From: Mobula hypostoma
Lineage: Eukaryota
DNA: 64,000 nucleotides
Assembly: GCF_963921235.1 (NCBI RefSeq)
Contig: NC_086097.1
Coordinates: 17,546,001 to 17,610,000 of the forward strand
Direction: 5' to 3'
Shown here: positions 14,201 to 26,932 of the stretch, in pieces
Numbering within the stretch: the first letter of the stretch is position 1
How the letters are laid out: each line of letters begins with the position of its first letter
Program-made: the position numbers and the translations under genes
Notes under the pieces: model-generated
What the model was told of the DNA's origin: nothing
Database searches by the model: none
Seen by the model: only the letters and a program-made list of their open reading frames with translations

Positions 14201-14690
14201 ACCCTCTTGATTTATTTCTTAAGATTTTCTTACATTTTTTACACTCCATAAGTACCTCTTTAGTTCCTGACTGCCTACACTTTGTGTGAACCTCCTTAAT
14301 GAAGGTCTCAATATCCAAATTGGCCTTAAAACCAAGGTTCCCTAAACCTGTTTTCTTTACCTTTTATTCTGACAGGCACATACAAGCTTTGTACTCTCAA
14401 AATTTCACCTCTGAAGGCACCCACTTACCAAGTACACCTTTGCCAGTGAACAATTTGTCCCAATCCACACTTGCCAGATCCCGTCTAATACCATCAAAAT
14501 TGGCCTTTGTCCAATTTAGAATCTCAACCTATGGAACAGACCTTTCCTTTTCCGTATTTACCTTGCAACTAATGACATTATGATCACTTAATGCAAAATG
14601 TTCTTCCGCACAAACTTTTGTCACCTACCCTATTTCAATCCCTAATAGGAAATCAAGTATCTCCCATTAGGACTCTCTCATAAGGATTTC
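11255..14690 (-). mobile_element. Decayed CR1 ORF2 with deletions, interrupted by a younger CR1
   Basis: CR1 3' tail at ~11260; RT-like sequence continues across the insertion (cctcacttct / ctctgcgtctgtctccc). Confidence 0.75.
12724..13996 (-). mobile_element. Young 5'-truncated CR1 (family B)
   Basis: ORFs with VTSGVPQGSVLGP, VAKFADDTKIGG; closely similar to 40590-41863 in the opposite orientation. Confidence 0.93.
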
Positions 14691-15404
14691 TATGTACTGC
14701 TATAACCCTATTGTTCTTATACCTAAGTGGTAGATGGTTGGACTTTTCTTTCATAGCTTAGGACTTTTGTGGTTGAAATGCAACTTGCTTTTTGTCAGCC
14801 ATGTCTAAATGTTAGCAAGGTCTTGCTGCATGCAGACTTGGACTGCTTTATTTTTTGAAAAGATAGGAGTGGGCCTGAATTTTGAGCAATCATCAAAGAG
14901 CATCACTGCATCTGACCTTGTCATAGATATAAAGTCATTGATAAAGTAGTAGCATCTTTTTGGTTTGGGCTGACTCAGCCCCGACAAACTTTTCCAGAGA
15001 TATGCTGCTAAGATGATTGGCTTCCATCTTCTTCAGTAGGAGCTGTGAATCGAAGCATTGAATTGGATTTTGCTTGATGTTCATTGGTTCAATTTTACTC
15101 GGGCTACTTGATGTGACATTCAGTCATGTACAGTTACTTTCACTTTCACCTCACTTCTGGAAACTGACCATTGGGAATCCATTGTTTCATGATGTTGAAA
15201 TGCTGTATTCATTAAGTTCTTTTGAACAGAGTTTTTTTAAAAAAAGAGAAAAAACTTATTAATTACATTTTCCTTAGCAGTGCTGCATCAATTGCATAAC
15301 TCTAAAAATAAATTAACACATTTGGGCAATCATTTAAAATTGGCTTTCATACCAGAATTCTGGGAAAAGTTTGGAGTACTGGGAAAATACTTGAAGTATT
15401 GTTA

Positions 15405-15840
15405 ACAGTACTGGGGCCACATATCTCAGAAAGGATGTGTTGTCATTGGAGAAAGTCCAGAGGTGGTTCATGAGGATGATTCCAGGAATGAAGGAGTTAA
15501 CATATGAGGAGTGTTTGGCGGCTTTGGGCCTGTACTGACTGGAATTTAGAAGAATGCGGGTGGGGGAATCTCATTGAAAACTATCGAATGTTGAAAGGAC
15601 TAGATAGGATGAATGTGGAGAGAATGTTTACTACGGTGGGGGTATCCAGAACTAGAGGGGACAGCCTCAAAATTGAGAGGAGATCCTTTAGAACAGAGGA
15701 AAGGAGGAATTTTTCTAGCCAGAGAGTAGTAAATCTGCGGAATGCTCTGCCACAGACTGCGGTGGAGGCCATTTTGGAATGGCAGAAGAGACTCTATGGG
15801 CTGAATGGCCTGATTCTGCTCCTATGTCTTATGGTTCTTT
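15405..15840 (+). mobile_element. CR1 3' fragment
   Basis: RT C-terminal GLDRMNVERMF...RRNF.SQRVVNL and cttatgg tail. Confidence 0.8.
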
Positions 15841-16389
15841 GGAATGAAAGTCTCTTAAATTCATTTAAAAAATCTTTCATGTTTTCATACACTGAAAATG
15901 TGTTTTTTCAACAGAATTTAATGTGAAGCATTTTTGATAGAATCTCTTCTAATTTTATGTACTTTGCAACCTCAACATCAAGAATTAATGGGTGGAGTGG
16001 CAAAACTGCTGGAGACAATTAAATTTTTGTATAAAGATCATTGTGTTGTGTAGTATACTTGTGCCAAAAATTGCAGTTCAAAAACCAACCAAAACATTTC
16101 CCATTTGTTTGGCATGGTGGGAATTACCAACCATACAAAAGGGCTTTTAACTTCAATTGATATGTCCAGCTCAAAGTCTTTACAGAAACATTTAAAAGAA
16201 ATAAACACGGCTGTATATTTGATAAAGAGTATTCTTGTAGTATTTTCAGCCTTGTGTACTTCAGCTTTTCTGAAAAGTTCTTACAGTGAGAATGCTTTAA
16301 GATGTTAACATTTATTATTTACTATAGTATACTAGGATTCTCAGCTGTAGTTTCAGAGTATTTAAAAAGCTTTTGAAAAATAGAATGTT

Positions 16390-17430
16390 AAACATAGAAC
16401 TGTACAGCACAATATATAGGCCCACCAGCTCACAATGTAAAGCCAACTCTTTAACCTCCTCTAAGATCAATCTCACCCTTCATCCCAAATACTGTAGCCC
16501 ACCGTTTTTCTTTAATCCACAAGCCTATCTAGGAGTCACTTAAATGTCCTAATGTATCTGCCTCTACTACCACCTCTGGCAGTGTGCTCCAAACACTAAC
16601 CTGTGTATATAAAAAAAATACTTTTGACATAGTCCTCCCCTATATTTTCCTGCAATCACCTTAAGATTATGCTCTCTCGTATTGGCCATTGCCACCCTGG
16701 AGAAAAGATGCTGGTTGTTCACTCTATCTATCCCTTTTATTGCTTTGTACATCTCTATCAAGTTACATCTCATCCTCCTTTGCTCCAAAGAGAAAATTCC
16801 TAACTCAACCTGCTGTAATCAGACATGCTCTCTATTCCTGGAATCATCCTAGTAAAACTTCCACATCCTTCCTATAATGAGGTGACTGGAACTGAACACA
16901 ATACTCCTAAAATGTGGTCTAACCAGTTGTATAGTTGCAACATAGCCTCATGGTTTGTGAACTCAATATCTGACCAATGAAGGGCAACATCTTTTACATC
17001 TTTTTAACCACCCTAGCAATTTAGACTGCAACTTTAAGGGATCTGTGGACGTGGATCCCAAGATCCCTCTTTTCCTCCATACTGCTAAGGATTCTTCCAT
17101 TAACCCTGTACTCTGCCTTGAAGTTTGATCTTTTAAAGTGAATCACTTCACACTTTTAAGGATTGAATGCCATCTGATTTTTCTCAGTGCAGTTCTGTAT
17201 CCTATCAACGTCCCATTGTAACTAACCACAACTTTTTACTCTAACTGCAACATTATGAACCTTTGTGTCATCTACAAATTTGCTAACCTATTCTTCCACT
17301 TCCTATCTAAGTCATTTATAAAAATTACAAAGAGTAGGGGTCCCAGAACAGATCCCTACAGAAAAAAACTGGTCACTGACCTCCAGACAGTATATGCTCC
17401 ATTTGCTACCAGTCTTTGCTTTCTGCAAAA
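16390..17430 (-). mobile_element. CR1 3' fragment
   Basis: aacatagaac tail and decayed RT C-terminus. Confidence 0.75.
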
Positions 17431-18960
17431 TAACATGATTCTAATTTCCTTCCAGTAAAAATGTGTTCAGTTTTACCTAAATACTTTGATCTTTTAGAGT
17501 ACTGCGGTTAAATTGCTTCAAAGAACTTGAATTGCTATTAAATGAATGTTTCCCATACATAAAAAAACATGTGCAAGAAGTAATATTTAGATTTTTTTTA
17601 TCAGTATTGTTGTGTCTGTGCACAACTACATATCAATTAATTAAAAGCATGCACGTGGGAGATGACTTCACATTGCGGTGTTAGAATGAGGGAGAACAAT
17701 GTGCATGTGTAAGCAACAGCACATGCACAGACAACAGATCAATACATAGTGCTAAGAGGGGGTCATTACTGTAAAAGAATTGGAATCATACATTACACTT
17801 CCTCCTCCTTTGGATTAATACAACATAATCTCTGTATGTACAAAACATTCAATTTCCCTTTCATAATCCACATTCTAAGTAAACATGCTTTCACTATAAC
17901 AGTCCATAACTAACTTCACAGTTCTAAACATTCAGTCTTCTGGGTGGTGCTCTGTTTCTTTCAGGATAGCACCTCTGAACCTGTGCAGTGGCATCAGGTT
18001 TGGCAGGTGTCTTATGAACAATAATGTTGTTGTCGCGTCTCTGAACCTGTGGAGGGGCATCAGGTTTGGTAGCTGTTTTGTCTAAAGCAATGTTTTAGGT
18101 TTCCAGTGTCACATTGCTGTCAGTGACATCATTACTGAAAGATAAGTCCGGTGACTGTAATGCGTTCATCTTGTTGGGTGCAGTTGACTCAAGTGTGTTC
18201 TTTGGTTGAGCTTCTAGTATCTGGTCCACATGATGTCTCCATGTCTGATCTCCAAAATCCACTGTGTACATCAGTGGTCTTGTTCTTGTAGCTATCCTAC
18301 TGGGTGTCCACTTTGTCTTCTCAGTAATCACATGCTAGAACTTCCTGTCCAACCTCAAAGCTGCTTGCTGCTTCCCTTGGCAGTTGGCTGAACTGTTTAT
18401 TCTGTACTTCTGTCCATAGATCTTGTTTCAGAAAGTCTATGCAAGATCTCATGAACAGCATTGCAAGTGTTTGATTTGTCATCTCATGAACAAAGTTCCG
18501 ATACACAAAAGGGAAGTTGTCCACCTTGTGCTGTAGAGGAATAAACTCCTTGTCCATCACTTTAATGGACTTCTTGAAGGTTTGGATAAACATTTCAGCT
18601 AACCCATTCATTGCTGGGTGGTGAGGAGCGGACTTGAATTGTCTGATGCCAGTTTTCTTCATAAACAGTCTGAATTCTTCTGATGTGTATTGTGGTCCGT
18701 TGTCACAATTTGTTCTGGTAGTCCGTTTCTGGTGAAGATGGTCCCCAGGGCAGAGATTGTCTTTGCTAAGACTTCATTGGTATAACCTCCGGTCACTTCA
18801 GATGAGTACCCACAGCAATCAGGAACATGGAGTCCATGAGTGGCCCGACAAAGTCAATATGTACTCTTTGCCATGGTGAAGACTGCCATGCCATTGGGTG
18901 TAATGGTGCCTGTGGAGGTGCATTTTGAACTTTTTGGTATCCATACATCACATTTACATT

Positions 18961-19128
18961 CAGTTGACATTTCGGGCTGGGACCCTTCATCAGGACTAAG
19001 TCCTGACGAAGGGTCCCAGCCCGAAACGTCGACTGTACCTCTTCCTACAGACGCTGCCTGGCCTGCTGCGTTCAGCAGCAATTTTTGTGTGTGTTGCTTG
19101 AATTTCTAGCATCTGCACATTTCCTCGT
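18961..19128 (+). mobile_element. Penelope terminal-repeat fragment with an inverted 5' copy, inserted in Gypsy pol
   Basis: atttacattcagtt duplicated at 18952-18965 and 19129-19142; 37-bp inverted arms. Confidence 0.85.
18999..19035 (+). ncRNA. Minimal type I hammerhead ribozyme motif, intact core
   Basis: AGUC-CUGACGA-A-GGGU(CCCA)GCCC-GAAA-C-GUC-GACUG; predicted cut at 19030/19031. Confidence 0.75.
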
Positions 19129-20243
19129 ATTTACATTCAGTTTGTGTTTAGGAGATATTTTTTGCATCTTTAAATCTTCAACATCACTGAGGTCTTCTCT
19201 AATGCTGTCTTAGAAAACAGTCTGTTGTAGTCAGCCTCTAGAATTATGAACAAAACTGACCCTGTATCCAGCTCCATTTTCAGTTTTATACCAGACACAT
19301 CTATTGTGATCTGCTTCAGTGATACTATACATTTCCAGGCATTACAGCTCACCTTTGTCAGCTTCTACGTTGTTTGATTCCATTGTACACTCAGTCACTT
19401 TATGCATTTGCTTAGTTTGAGACTTTTCACTTGGTTGTACCTTTTGTATGCCTTGCACATTCTCTCTATGTAACACTTTCTGTAGACTTTCACTTTGAAC
19501 CAACAGTCATTTGCATCATGGGAGGATTTGCCACATCGATAGAATCTTTGGCTTTTTGAATCATTCGGGAACATTTTATGCATTTCACATTCTAACCTTT
19601 TTCTGTAGTTCTACGTCCTTTGCTGCAGTCTCTAATGATATGCAGTAGTGAATGCCCGTTCTAAGGTTAGGTCTTTTTTGGACAATAGCCTCTTTTAAGT
19701 GCTTTGGCTATGCATGCCACATACAAGCCTGTTCTTTAATGTGTCAAAAAGTCCATCTCTAAATCACAGTACTGAGAAAGTTTGCACAGTTCTGCAATGT
19801 ATTCAGAAATGCTTTCATCTTTTGACTGGTTACTTTTGTAAAAACTAAATCTCTCCGCTATTGCCAGTGGTTTAGGGGTCAAGTGATTTTGTAAAATTGT
19901 AACAATTTCATTGAATGTCTTGCTTGCTGGCGGTTACTAGGTTGCATAAGAGACTATACATCCTTGCACGCATTAAACTAAGAAATGTAGGGACTTTCTT
20001 TTGCTCCTCCACGTTGTTCACATTACAATACAGTTCAACTCTCTCAATATATGATCCCCAGCCTTCATTAACAATATCAAATTCATCAACTTTCCTGAAG
20101 AAGCAATCACCATGTTACTTTCACTGTAAATTCAATGTGTCTTTCATTGTTACTCATGGGTCCTTCAGTTTCTTATGCTGTTTAACTCTTTTTTTGTTCC
20201 GTAACTGTTGGTGCAGTTCGTGATATTTTCTGACATTCAGGTT

Positions 20244-20257
20244 CATCTTCGTCGCCA
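20244..20257 (-). other. Primer-binding site, probably tRNA-Ser(GCU)
   Basis: Minus-strand tggcgacgaagatg 3 nt inside the 5' LTR; complements the recalled vertebrate tRNA-Ser(GCU) 3' end (catcctcgtcgcca) with one mismatch. Confidence 0.7.
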
Positions 20258-20454
20258 ATTTGTTGTGTCTGTGCAAACCTATATATCAATTAACTGAAAG
20301 CACGCATGCGGGAGATGGATTTAACTGGTGTATTCACATTCCAGCTAGAGAGAGAGAGAAAACAATGCACATGCATAACTAGCATATGCACAGACAAAAG
20401 ATCAATATGTAGTGCTAAGGGGGGGGGGGGAGTTGTTGCTTTAAAAGAAATAGT

Positions 20455-21140
20455 TTTTAATAGGTAGATTTACTGTCAGGGAAGTGTATACAATATACAT
20501 CCTGAAATTCTTTTTCCTCGCAAACATCCATGAAAACAGAGGAGTGCCCCAAACAATGAATGACAGTTAAATGTTAGAACCTCAAAGCCCCTCCCCCCCA
20601 GCTCCCCCTCCCACACATAAGCAGCAGGAAGCAATGACACCCCCTCCCCCACCAGCAAAAAGCATCAGTGCCCCCCCACCAAGCACTCTAACATGCAGCA
20701 AAGCATCAAAAAAGACACAGACTTGCAGTACCCCAAAGACTAGTTGTTCACTTGGTATTCGATATCTCTCTCCCCCCTCCCTCTCCCCCTCCCGCCCCAA
20801 GAACTCAGGTCAGCAACCAGCTCACTGCTTTCAATCTATCACCTCCCACGATGCACCAGGCGACGGCACCGATCTCGAATCTGCCCACCTCCAGAACCAC
20901 GAAAATCTGACACCCTGAAGGCACACTTGTCTTCTAGGCCTCGTCCTTGGCATATCGAAAAGCGGCCAGTCGTGAGATCCTGAGAGCACGTCCCATTCCC
21001 ACAAATAACTGAAGTCAGCGTGCAACTCAGGTCAGGGTCTTCAAAAGAACCCTGAAAAGGAGGAAAAGATATTAAAAATAGAAATAGAGCTGTTTCCAAA
21101 GATGCAAGCAAAGGAGTCGCCATTAGGCGCCATCGTTCTC
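20455..21140 (-). mobile_element. Non-autonomous retroposon (LINE-like tail, YY1-like 5' end) inserted in the Gypsy 5' LTR
   Basis: Interrupts LTR homology, which resumes as catacatt at 21141; 5' end reads gatggcgcc; no convincing coding capacity. Confidence 0.6.
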
Positions 21141-21304
21141 CATACATTTCAAATGTCACTTTTAATTCTGAATTATACGAATGATTCAGCGAAGTCTTGG
21201 TGAGCAATACAATTTACTACCAATACAAAGTGATAATAGAATAAAATAAAAGCTTTTCAGCTTTTCTCTGTTGCCACTTACATTCTTGAGCTCTGTTGTC
21301 AATT

Positions 21305-21920
21305 AAAGTTCAAAGTAAATTTATTATCGAAGTATATACAAGTATTTATTATCACAATATACAACCCTGAGATTTGTTTTCTTGCAGTAAATCTAAGAAA
21401 CACAGTAGCATCAATAAAGGACTGTACCCCAAACAATGGACTAAAGTCAATGTGCAAAAGACAACAAATTATGCAAATACAAAAGAAAAGAGGCTATAAA
21501 TATTGACATGAGATGAAGAGTCTTTGAAAGTGAGTCCAAAGGTTGTAGGGGCAGTTCAGTGATGGGTCAAGTGAAGTTAATTCCTCTGGTTCTAGGGCCT
21601 GATGGTTGAGGGGTAATAACTGTTCCTAAACCTGGTGGTGTGGGTTCTGATGCTCCTGTACCACCCTCCTGAGTGACAGCAACAAGAAGAGAGCATGGCC
21701 TGGGTGCTGGGGGTCCTTGATGGTGATGGATGCTGCTTTACTACAACAGTGCTCCGTGTAGATATGTTCAATTGTGGGAAGGGCTTTACTCATGATGGAG
21801 TGGTCCATATCCATTACTTTTTGTATGAGTTTCCATTCAAAGCATTGGTATTTCCATATCAGGTAGTGTTACAAGTGGTCAACATACTCAGCAACACATT
21901 ATCTATAAAAGTTTGTTGAT
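21305..21920 (-). mobile_element. Rex1/Babar-type LINE 3' fragment
   Basis: ALPTIEHIY..CC.KAASI..KDP.HPGHALF.LL and (tttgaac) tail. Confidence 0.75.
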
Positions 21921-22329
21921 ATGTTTCATCACCAGCCTGTCCTAGCACTTTATCACAGTGCTGCTGGATGACGGCCATTGAGGCAGGTTACCAAATTTTT
22001 TGTAGGCAAAATTAACTTTAGGATAGAGACAGGCCTAACAAAAGTTGCATGTGTGATTATTTTCATTTTAACAATTATTGAAGAGTAATTACTTAGTTAC
22101 TGAAATGCTCTGTACTATAATTCTTAGCCCATGTAGACTTCGGGTATCCTTTTACTGTTACCTGTCTCTTTCCATTATTTTATGAGTACATGATGCCTGG
22201 TAAGAGACTTTCCCTATTAGTATTCGTAGCCGTGTGAAAAAGGAGCTCCCCCTCTGTAGCTATTCAAATGGATAACAACAGTATCAGACTTCCCTGCATG
22301 AGTGACAAATAGTGCAGTACAATACTTTA

Positions 22330-23520
22330 AAAAAACATAGAAACATAGAAAACCCACAGCACAATATAGGCTCTTCAGCCCACAAAGTTGTGTCGAACAT
22401 GTCCTTACCTTAGAACTATCTAGGCTTACCCATAGCCCTCTATCTTTCTAAGATCTATGTACCTATCCAGGAGTCTCTTAAAAGATCCTATCCTTTCCGC
22501 CTCCACCACCACTGCTGGCAGTCCATTCCACGCACTCACCACTCTCTGCATTAAAAAACCTACCCCTGACATCTCCTCTGTACCTACTTCCAAGCACTTT
22601 AAAACTATGCCCTCTCGTGCTAGCCACTTCAGCGCTGGGGAAAAAACCTCTGACTATCCACATGATCAATGCCTCTCATTATCTTGTACACCTCTATTAG
22701 GTCACCTCTTATCCTCCGTCGCTCCAAGGAGAAAAGGCAGAGTTCACTCAACCTATTCTCGTAAGGCATGCTCCCCAATCCAGGCAACATCCTTGTAAGT
22801 CTCTTCTGCACCCTTTCTATGGTTTCCACACCCTTCCTGTAGTGAGGCGACCAGAATTGAGCACAGTATTCCAAGTGGGGTCTGACCAGGGTCCAATATA
22901 GCTGCAACATTACCGCTCAGCTTTTAAACTCAATCCCATGATTGATGAAGGCCAATGCACTGCATGCCGCCTTAACCACAGGATCAACCTGCACAGCAGC
23001 TTTGAGTGTCCGATGGACTTGGACCCCAAGATCCCTCTGATTCTCCACACTGCCAAGAGTCTTACCATTAATGCTAAATTCTGCCATCATATTTGACCTA
23101 CCAAAATGAACCACCTCACTCTTATCTGGGTTGAACTCTATCTGCCACTTCTCAGCCCAGTTTTGCATCCTATCAATGTCCCACTGTAACCTCTGACAGC
23201 CCTCCACACTATCCACAACACCCCCAACCTTTGTGTCATCAGCAAATTCACTAACCCATCCCTCCACTTCCTTATCCAGGTCATTTATAAAAATCACGAA
23301 GAGTAAGGGTCCCAGAACAGATCCTTGAGGCACACCACTGGTGACCAACTTCCATGCAGAATATGACCCATCTACAACCACGCTTTGCCTTTTGTAGGCA
23401 AGCCAGTTCTGGATCCACAAAGCAATGTCTCCTTGGATCCCATGCCTAATTACTTTCTCAATAAGCCTTGCATGGGGTACTTTATCAATACCTTGCTGAA
23501 ATCCATATACACTACATCTA
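22330..23520 (-). mobile_element. 5'-truncated CR1
   Basis: VTSGVPQGSVLGP, SEFADDTKVGG, LVRPHLEYC; (aacataga) tail. Confidence 0.92.
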
Positions 23521-23734
23521 TTATTATATTCAAGTTGATCCTTGTGTACCGTCACTGCACTCTACATTATTGACATATCTCAAAATGGGAAGAGTGCAGA
23601 TCACAGAGCTGTTAAATTCTGGAATTTGGCAGCTGTTATGCATGCTTATATTTGCAAAAGAATGGATTTTAATGGAAGTAAAATGTCTTTATAGATTACT
23701 ATATTATTGGCAAAATGTAATAGGCATTAACTCT

Positions 23735-24475
23735 TACCAGGTGCCAGTGACAAGTGGTGTTCCACAGGGCCTGGTGCTGAGTCTGCTATTTTTCTCATCA
23801 TAGATGAATGATATGAACGTTGACTGTACTTTTTTTTTCATAGATGATGCCTGGCCTGCTGAGTTCTTCCAGCATTTTGTATGTGTTGCTTGGATTTCCA
23901 GCATCTGCATCTGTTTGTGAATGATGGAATTGATTTCTTTATGGCCAAGTTTACAAATGATACAAAGATAAGTGAATATGCAGATAGTTTTGAAGAAGCA
24001 GGGAGTCTGCAGAAGGATATAGAGAGATTGGAGATTGGGCAAAGTAGTGGCAGATAGAATACAGAGTATGGAAATGTATGGTCATGCACTTTGATAGAAG
24101 GAATAAAGGCATCGATTATTTTCTAAATGGGGAGCAAATTCTGAAATTGGAGGTGGAAGAGGTCTTGAAAATCCTCGTGCAGGAATCCCTAAAAGATAAC
24201 TTGCACTTTGAGTCTATAGTAAGGAAGGCACATGCAACATTAGGATTCATTTTGTGAGGATTAGAATATAAAAGCAAGGATGTAATGCTGAGACTTTATA
24301 AGGCATTGGTCAGTCCACATCTGGAGTATTGTGAGCAGTTTTGGGCCCCATAAAATAGAAAGGAGATGCTGATGTTGGAGTAGATCTAGAGGAGGTTTAC
24401 TAGAATGATCCCGGGAATGAAAGGCTTAATGTATGAGCAACGTTTGATGGCTTTGGGCCTGTATTCATTGGACTT
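23735..24475 (+). mobile_element. CR1 RT fragment with a Penelope end inserted at 23813-23917
   Basis: CR1 RT flanks; insert aacgttgactg...gcatctgca with possible tgaatgat duplication (23805, 23918). Confidence 0.75.
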
Positions 24476-24975
24476 TAAATTCCACAGTGTTATCATGTCA
24501 GAAGATCTGTCCTGGTTCCAGCACATAAATGATATTGTAAGGCAGTGCTTCTACTTTCTTAGAAGTTTGCGAAGATACGGCATGTCATCAAAAACTTTGT
24601 CAAACTTGTACAGATGTGTGGTTGCATCATGGCTTAGCATAGAAACACCAATGCCCTTGAACAGAAAAAGCATCTAAAACTGTGCACAGCCCAGTCCATC
24701 ACAGGTAAAGCCTTCCCCACCATTGAGCACATCTACAATGAGCTCTGGCGGAGGAAAGCAACATTGATTGTTGAGGGCATGCTCCCTTCTTCTTGTTGCC
24801 TTCAAGAAGGAGTTACAGAAGCCTCAAATCCTACACCACCCAGTTGAGGTCCCCCTCAACCATCAGGGTCTTAACCCAGAGGGGATAATTTCACTTCTCC
24901 AACACTGAACTGATTCTACAACATACAATATGGACTCACTTTTAAGGACTCTAGAATTTATTTGCTCAATATTTA

Positions 24976-25040
24976 CAGTACTGTGCAAAAGTCTAAGGCA
25001 CATGTATTGCTTGGGTACCTTAGACTTTTGCTCAGTACTG
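24976..25040. mobile_element. 65-bp palindromic Tc1-type MITE
   Basis: TA-cagtactgtgcaaaagtctaagg...ccttagacttttgctcagtactg-TA. Confidence 0.8.
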
Positions 25041-25178
25041 TATATTGGTTAAAATAGGAAAGTGGTTGGGAAATGGAAATAAGAGTACTTAACTCAGTAG
25101 TATTGAGTGCGACTTGGTAACTGGAAAGGCGTAATATATAGTACTGTGCAAAAATCCTAGGCACCCTAGTTTAATGCA

Positions 25179-26788
25179 CAGTACCTATAAAAAAAAATAT
25201 TCACCTCTCTCGGAAGTGTTCATCTTTTATTGTTTTACAACATTAAATCACAGTGGATTTAATTTGGCTTTTCTGATGCTGATTAACAGAAAAAGACTCT
25301 TTTGTGTCAAAGTGAAAACAGATCTCTACAAAGTGATCTAAATCAATTACAAATATAAAACATAAGATAATTGATTGCAGAAGTATTCACCCCCTGCAAG
25401 TCAGTATTTAGTAGATGCACCTTTAGTAGCAATTACAGCGGTAAGTCTGTGTGGATAGGTATCTATCAGCTTTGCACATCTGGACACTGCACTTTTTACC
25501 CATTCTTCTTTAGAAAACTGCTCAAGTTCTGTTAGATTACATGGCGATTGTGAGTGATCAGCCCTTTTCAAGTACAGCTACAAATTCTCAATTGGATTAA
25601 GGACAGCACTCTTGTCTTTGCCACTCCATGTCTTTAACTTTGTTGTTTTTAAGCCATTCCTGTGTAGTTTTGGCTTTATGATCAAGGTCATTGTCTTACA
25701 GGAAAACAAATCTTCTCCCAAGTCGCAGTTCTTTTGCAGACTGCATCAGGTTTTCCTCCAGGATTTCCGTGTATTTTGCTGCATTCATTTTACCCTCTAC
25801 CTTCACAAGCCTTCCAGGGCCTGCTGCAGTGAAGCATCCCCACAGCATGATGCAGCCACCACCATATTTCACGGTAGAGATGGTGTGTTTTTGATCATGT
25901 GCGGTGTTTGGCTTATGCCAAACATAGCGCTTAGTTTGATGGCCAAGAAACTCAATTTTGGACCATGGAACCTTCTTCCAGCTGACTTCAGAGTCTCCCA
26001 GATGCCTTCTGGCAAACTCTAGCCGAGATTTCATGTGAGATCTTTCAACAGTTGCTTTCTCTTTGTGTTCTCCCATAAAGCTGCGACTGGTGAAGCACCC
26101 GGGCAACAACTGTTGTATGCACAGTCTCTCTCATCTCAGCTATTGAAGCTTGTAACACCTCCAGAGTTGTCATGGGTCTCTTAGTGGCCTCCCTCACTCG
26201 TCCCCTTCTTGCACGGTCACTCAATTTTTGAGGACTGCATTGTCGAGTCGGATTTACAGCTGTGCCATATTTTTTCCATTCCTTGAGTAAACTGTACTCC
26301 AAGGGATATTCAGTGACTTGGAAATTTTCTTGTATCTATCTCCTGACTTGTGCTATTCAATAACCTTTTTGTGGAGTTTCTTTGAGTGTTCTTTTGTCTC
26401 CATGGTGTAAACTTGCCAGGGTACTGACTCATCAGCAGTTGGACCTTCCAGATATAGGTTTAGTTGTACTACCATCACTTGAAGCATCTTGACTGCACAC
26501 AGGTCTCCAAAAAACAGATCTCTATTTAACTAATTATGTGAATTCTAAAACCAGTCATGATTTGGTGTGTCATGTTAAAGGGGAGGGGTGAATACTTATA
26601 CAATATAGAATTATTGTGTTTTATAGGCGTAATTAATTTTTATTTCACTTTGGAGAGATCTGTTTCTACTTTGACATAAAAGGGTCTTTTTCTGTTGATC
26701 AGTGTCAAAAAAAAATCTACTGTGATTCAGTGTTGTAAAACAATAAAACACGATAACTTCCTTGGGGGGGATACTTATATAGGCACTC
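25179..26788 (-). mobile_element. Tc1/mariner DNA transposon (1.61 kb, ~210-bp TIRs), decayed
   Basis: Long inverted termini with inner/outer aagtattcaccc-like repeats; TA follows the right end. Confidence 0.92.
25401..26403 (-). pseudogene. Tc1 transposase, frameshifted and deleted
   Basis: KWKKYGT..., SRLEFARRH, TVKYGGGCIMLWGCF, GKMNAAKY..ILEENL; ends GASTKY*. Confidence 0.9.
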
Positions 26789-26835
26789 TATCTATATCTG
26801 TGTGTATGTATATATGTGTGTGTGCGTGTATGTAT

Positions 26836-26887
<52 letters not shown>

Positions 26888-26932
26888 ATATATATATATA
26901 TATATACATACACATACATACATACACCTACC
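26789..26932. repeat. Compound (TA)n/(TG)n/(CATA)n microsatellite
   Basis: Directly visible. Confidence 0.95.

Larger units (their letters stand above)
17608..21151 (-). mobile_element. Gypsy LTR retrotransposon (Mag/K02A2.6-like), internally deleted
   Basis: Related LTRs at 17608-17797 and 20261-~21151 (split); PPT aggaggaggaag 17798-17809; PBS; gag with decayed CCHC; protease ELDTGS; integrase PWQRVHIDF and SAPHHPA.NGLAE. Confidence 0.88.

Noticed and set aside
18840..19109. Two opposite ORFs sharing SGWDPSSGLSPDEGSQPE
   Set aside because: Artefact of the DNA palindrome
17603..21156. TSD around the Gypsy element
   Set aside because: Flanks agtat and aatgt do not match, so the outer LTR end at 21151 is less certain
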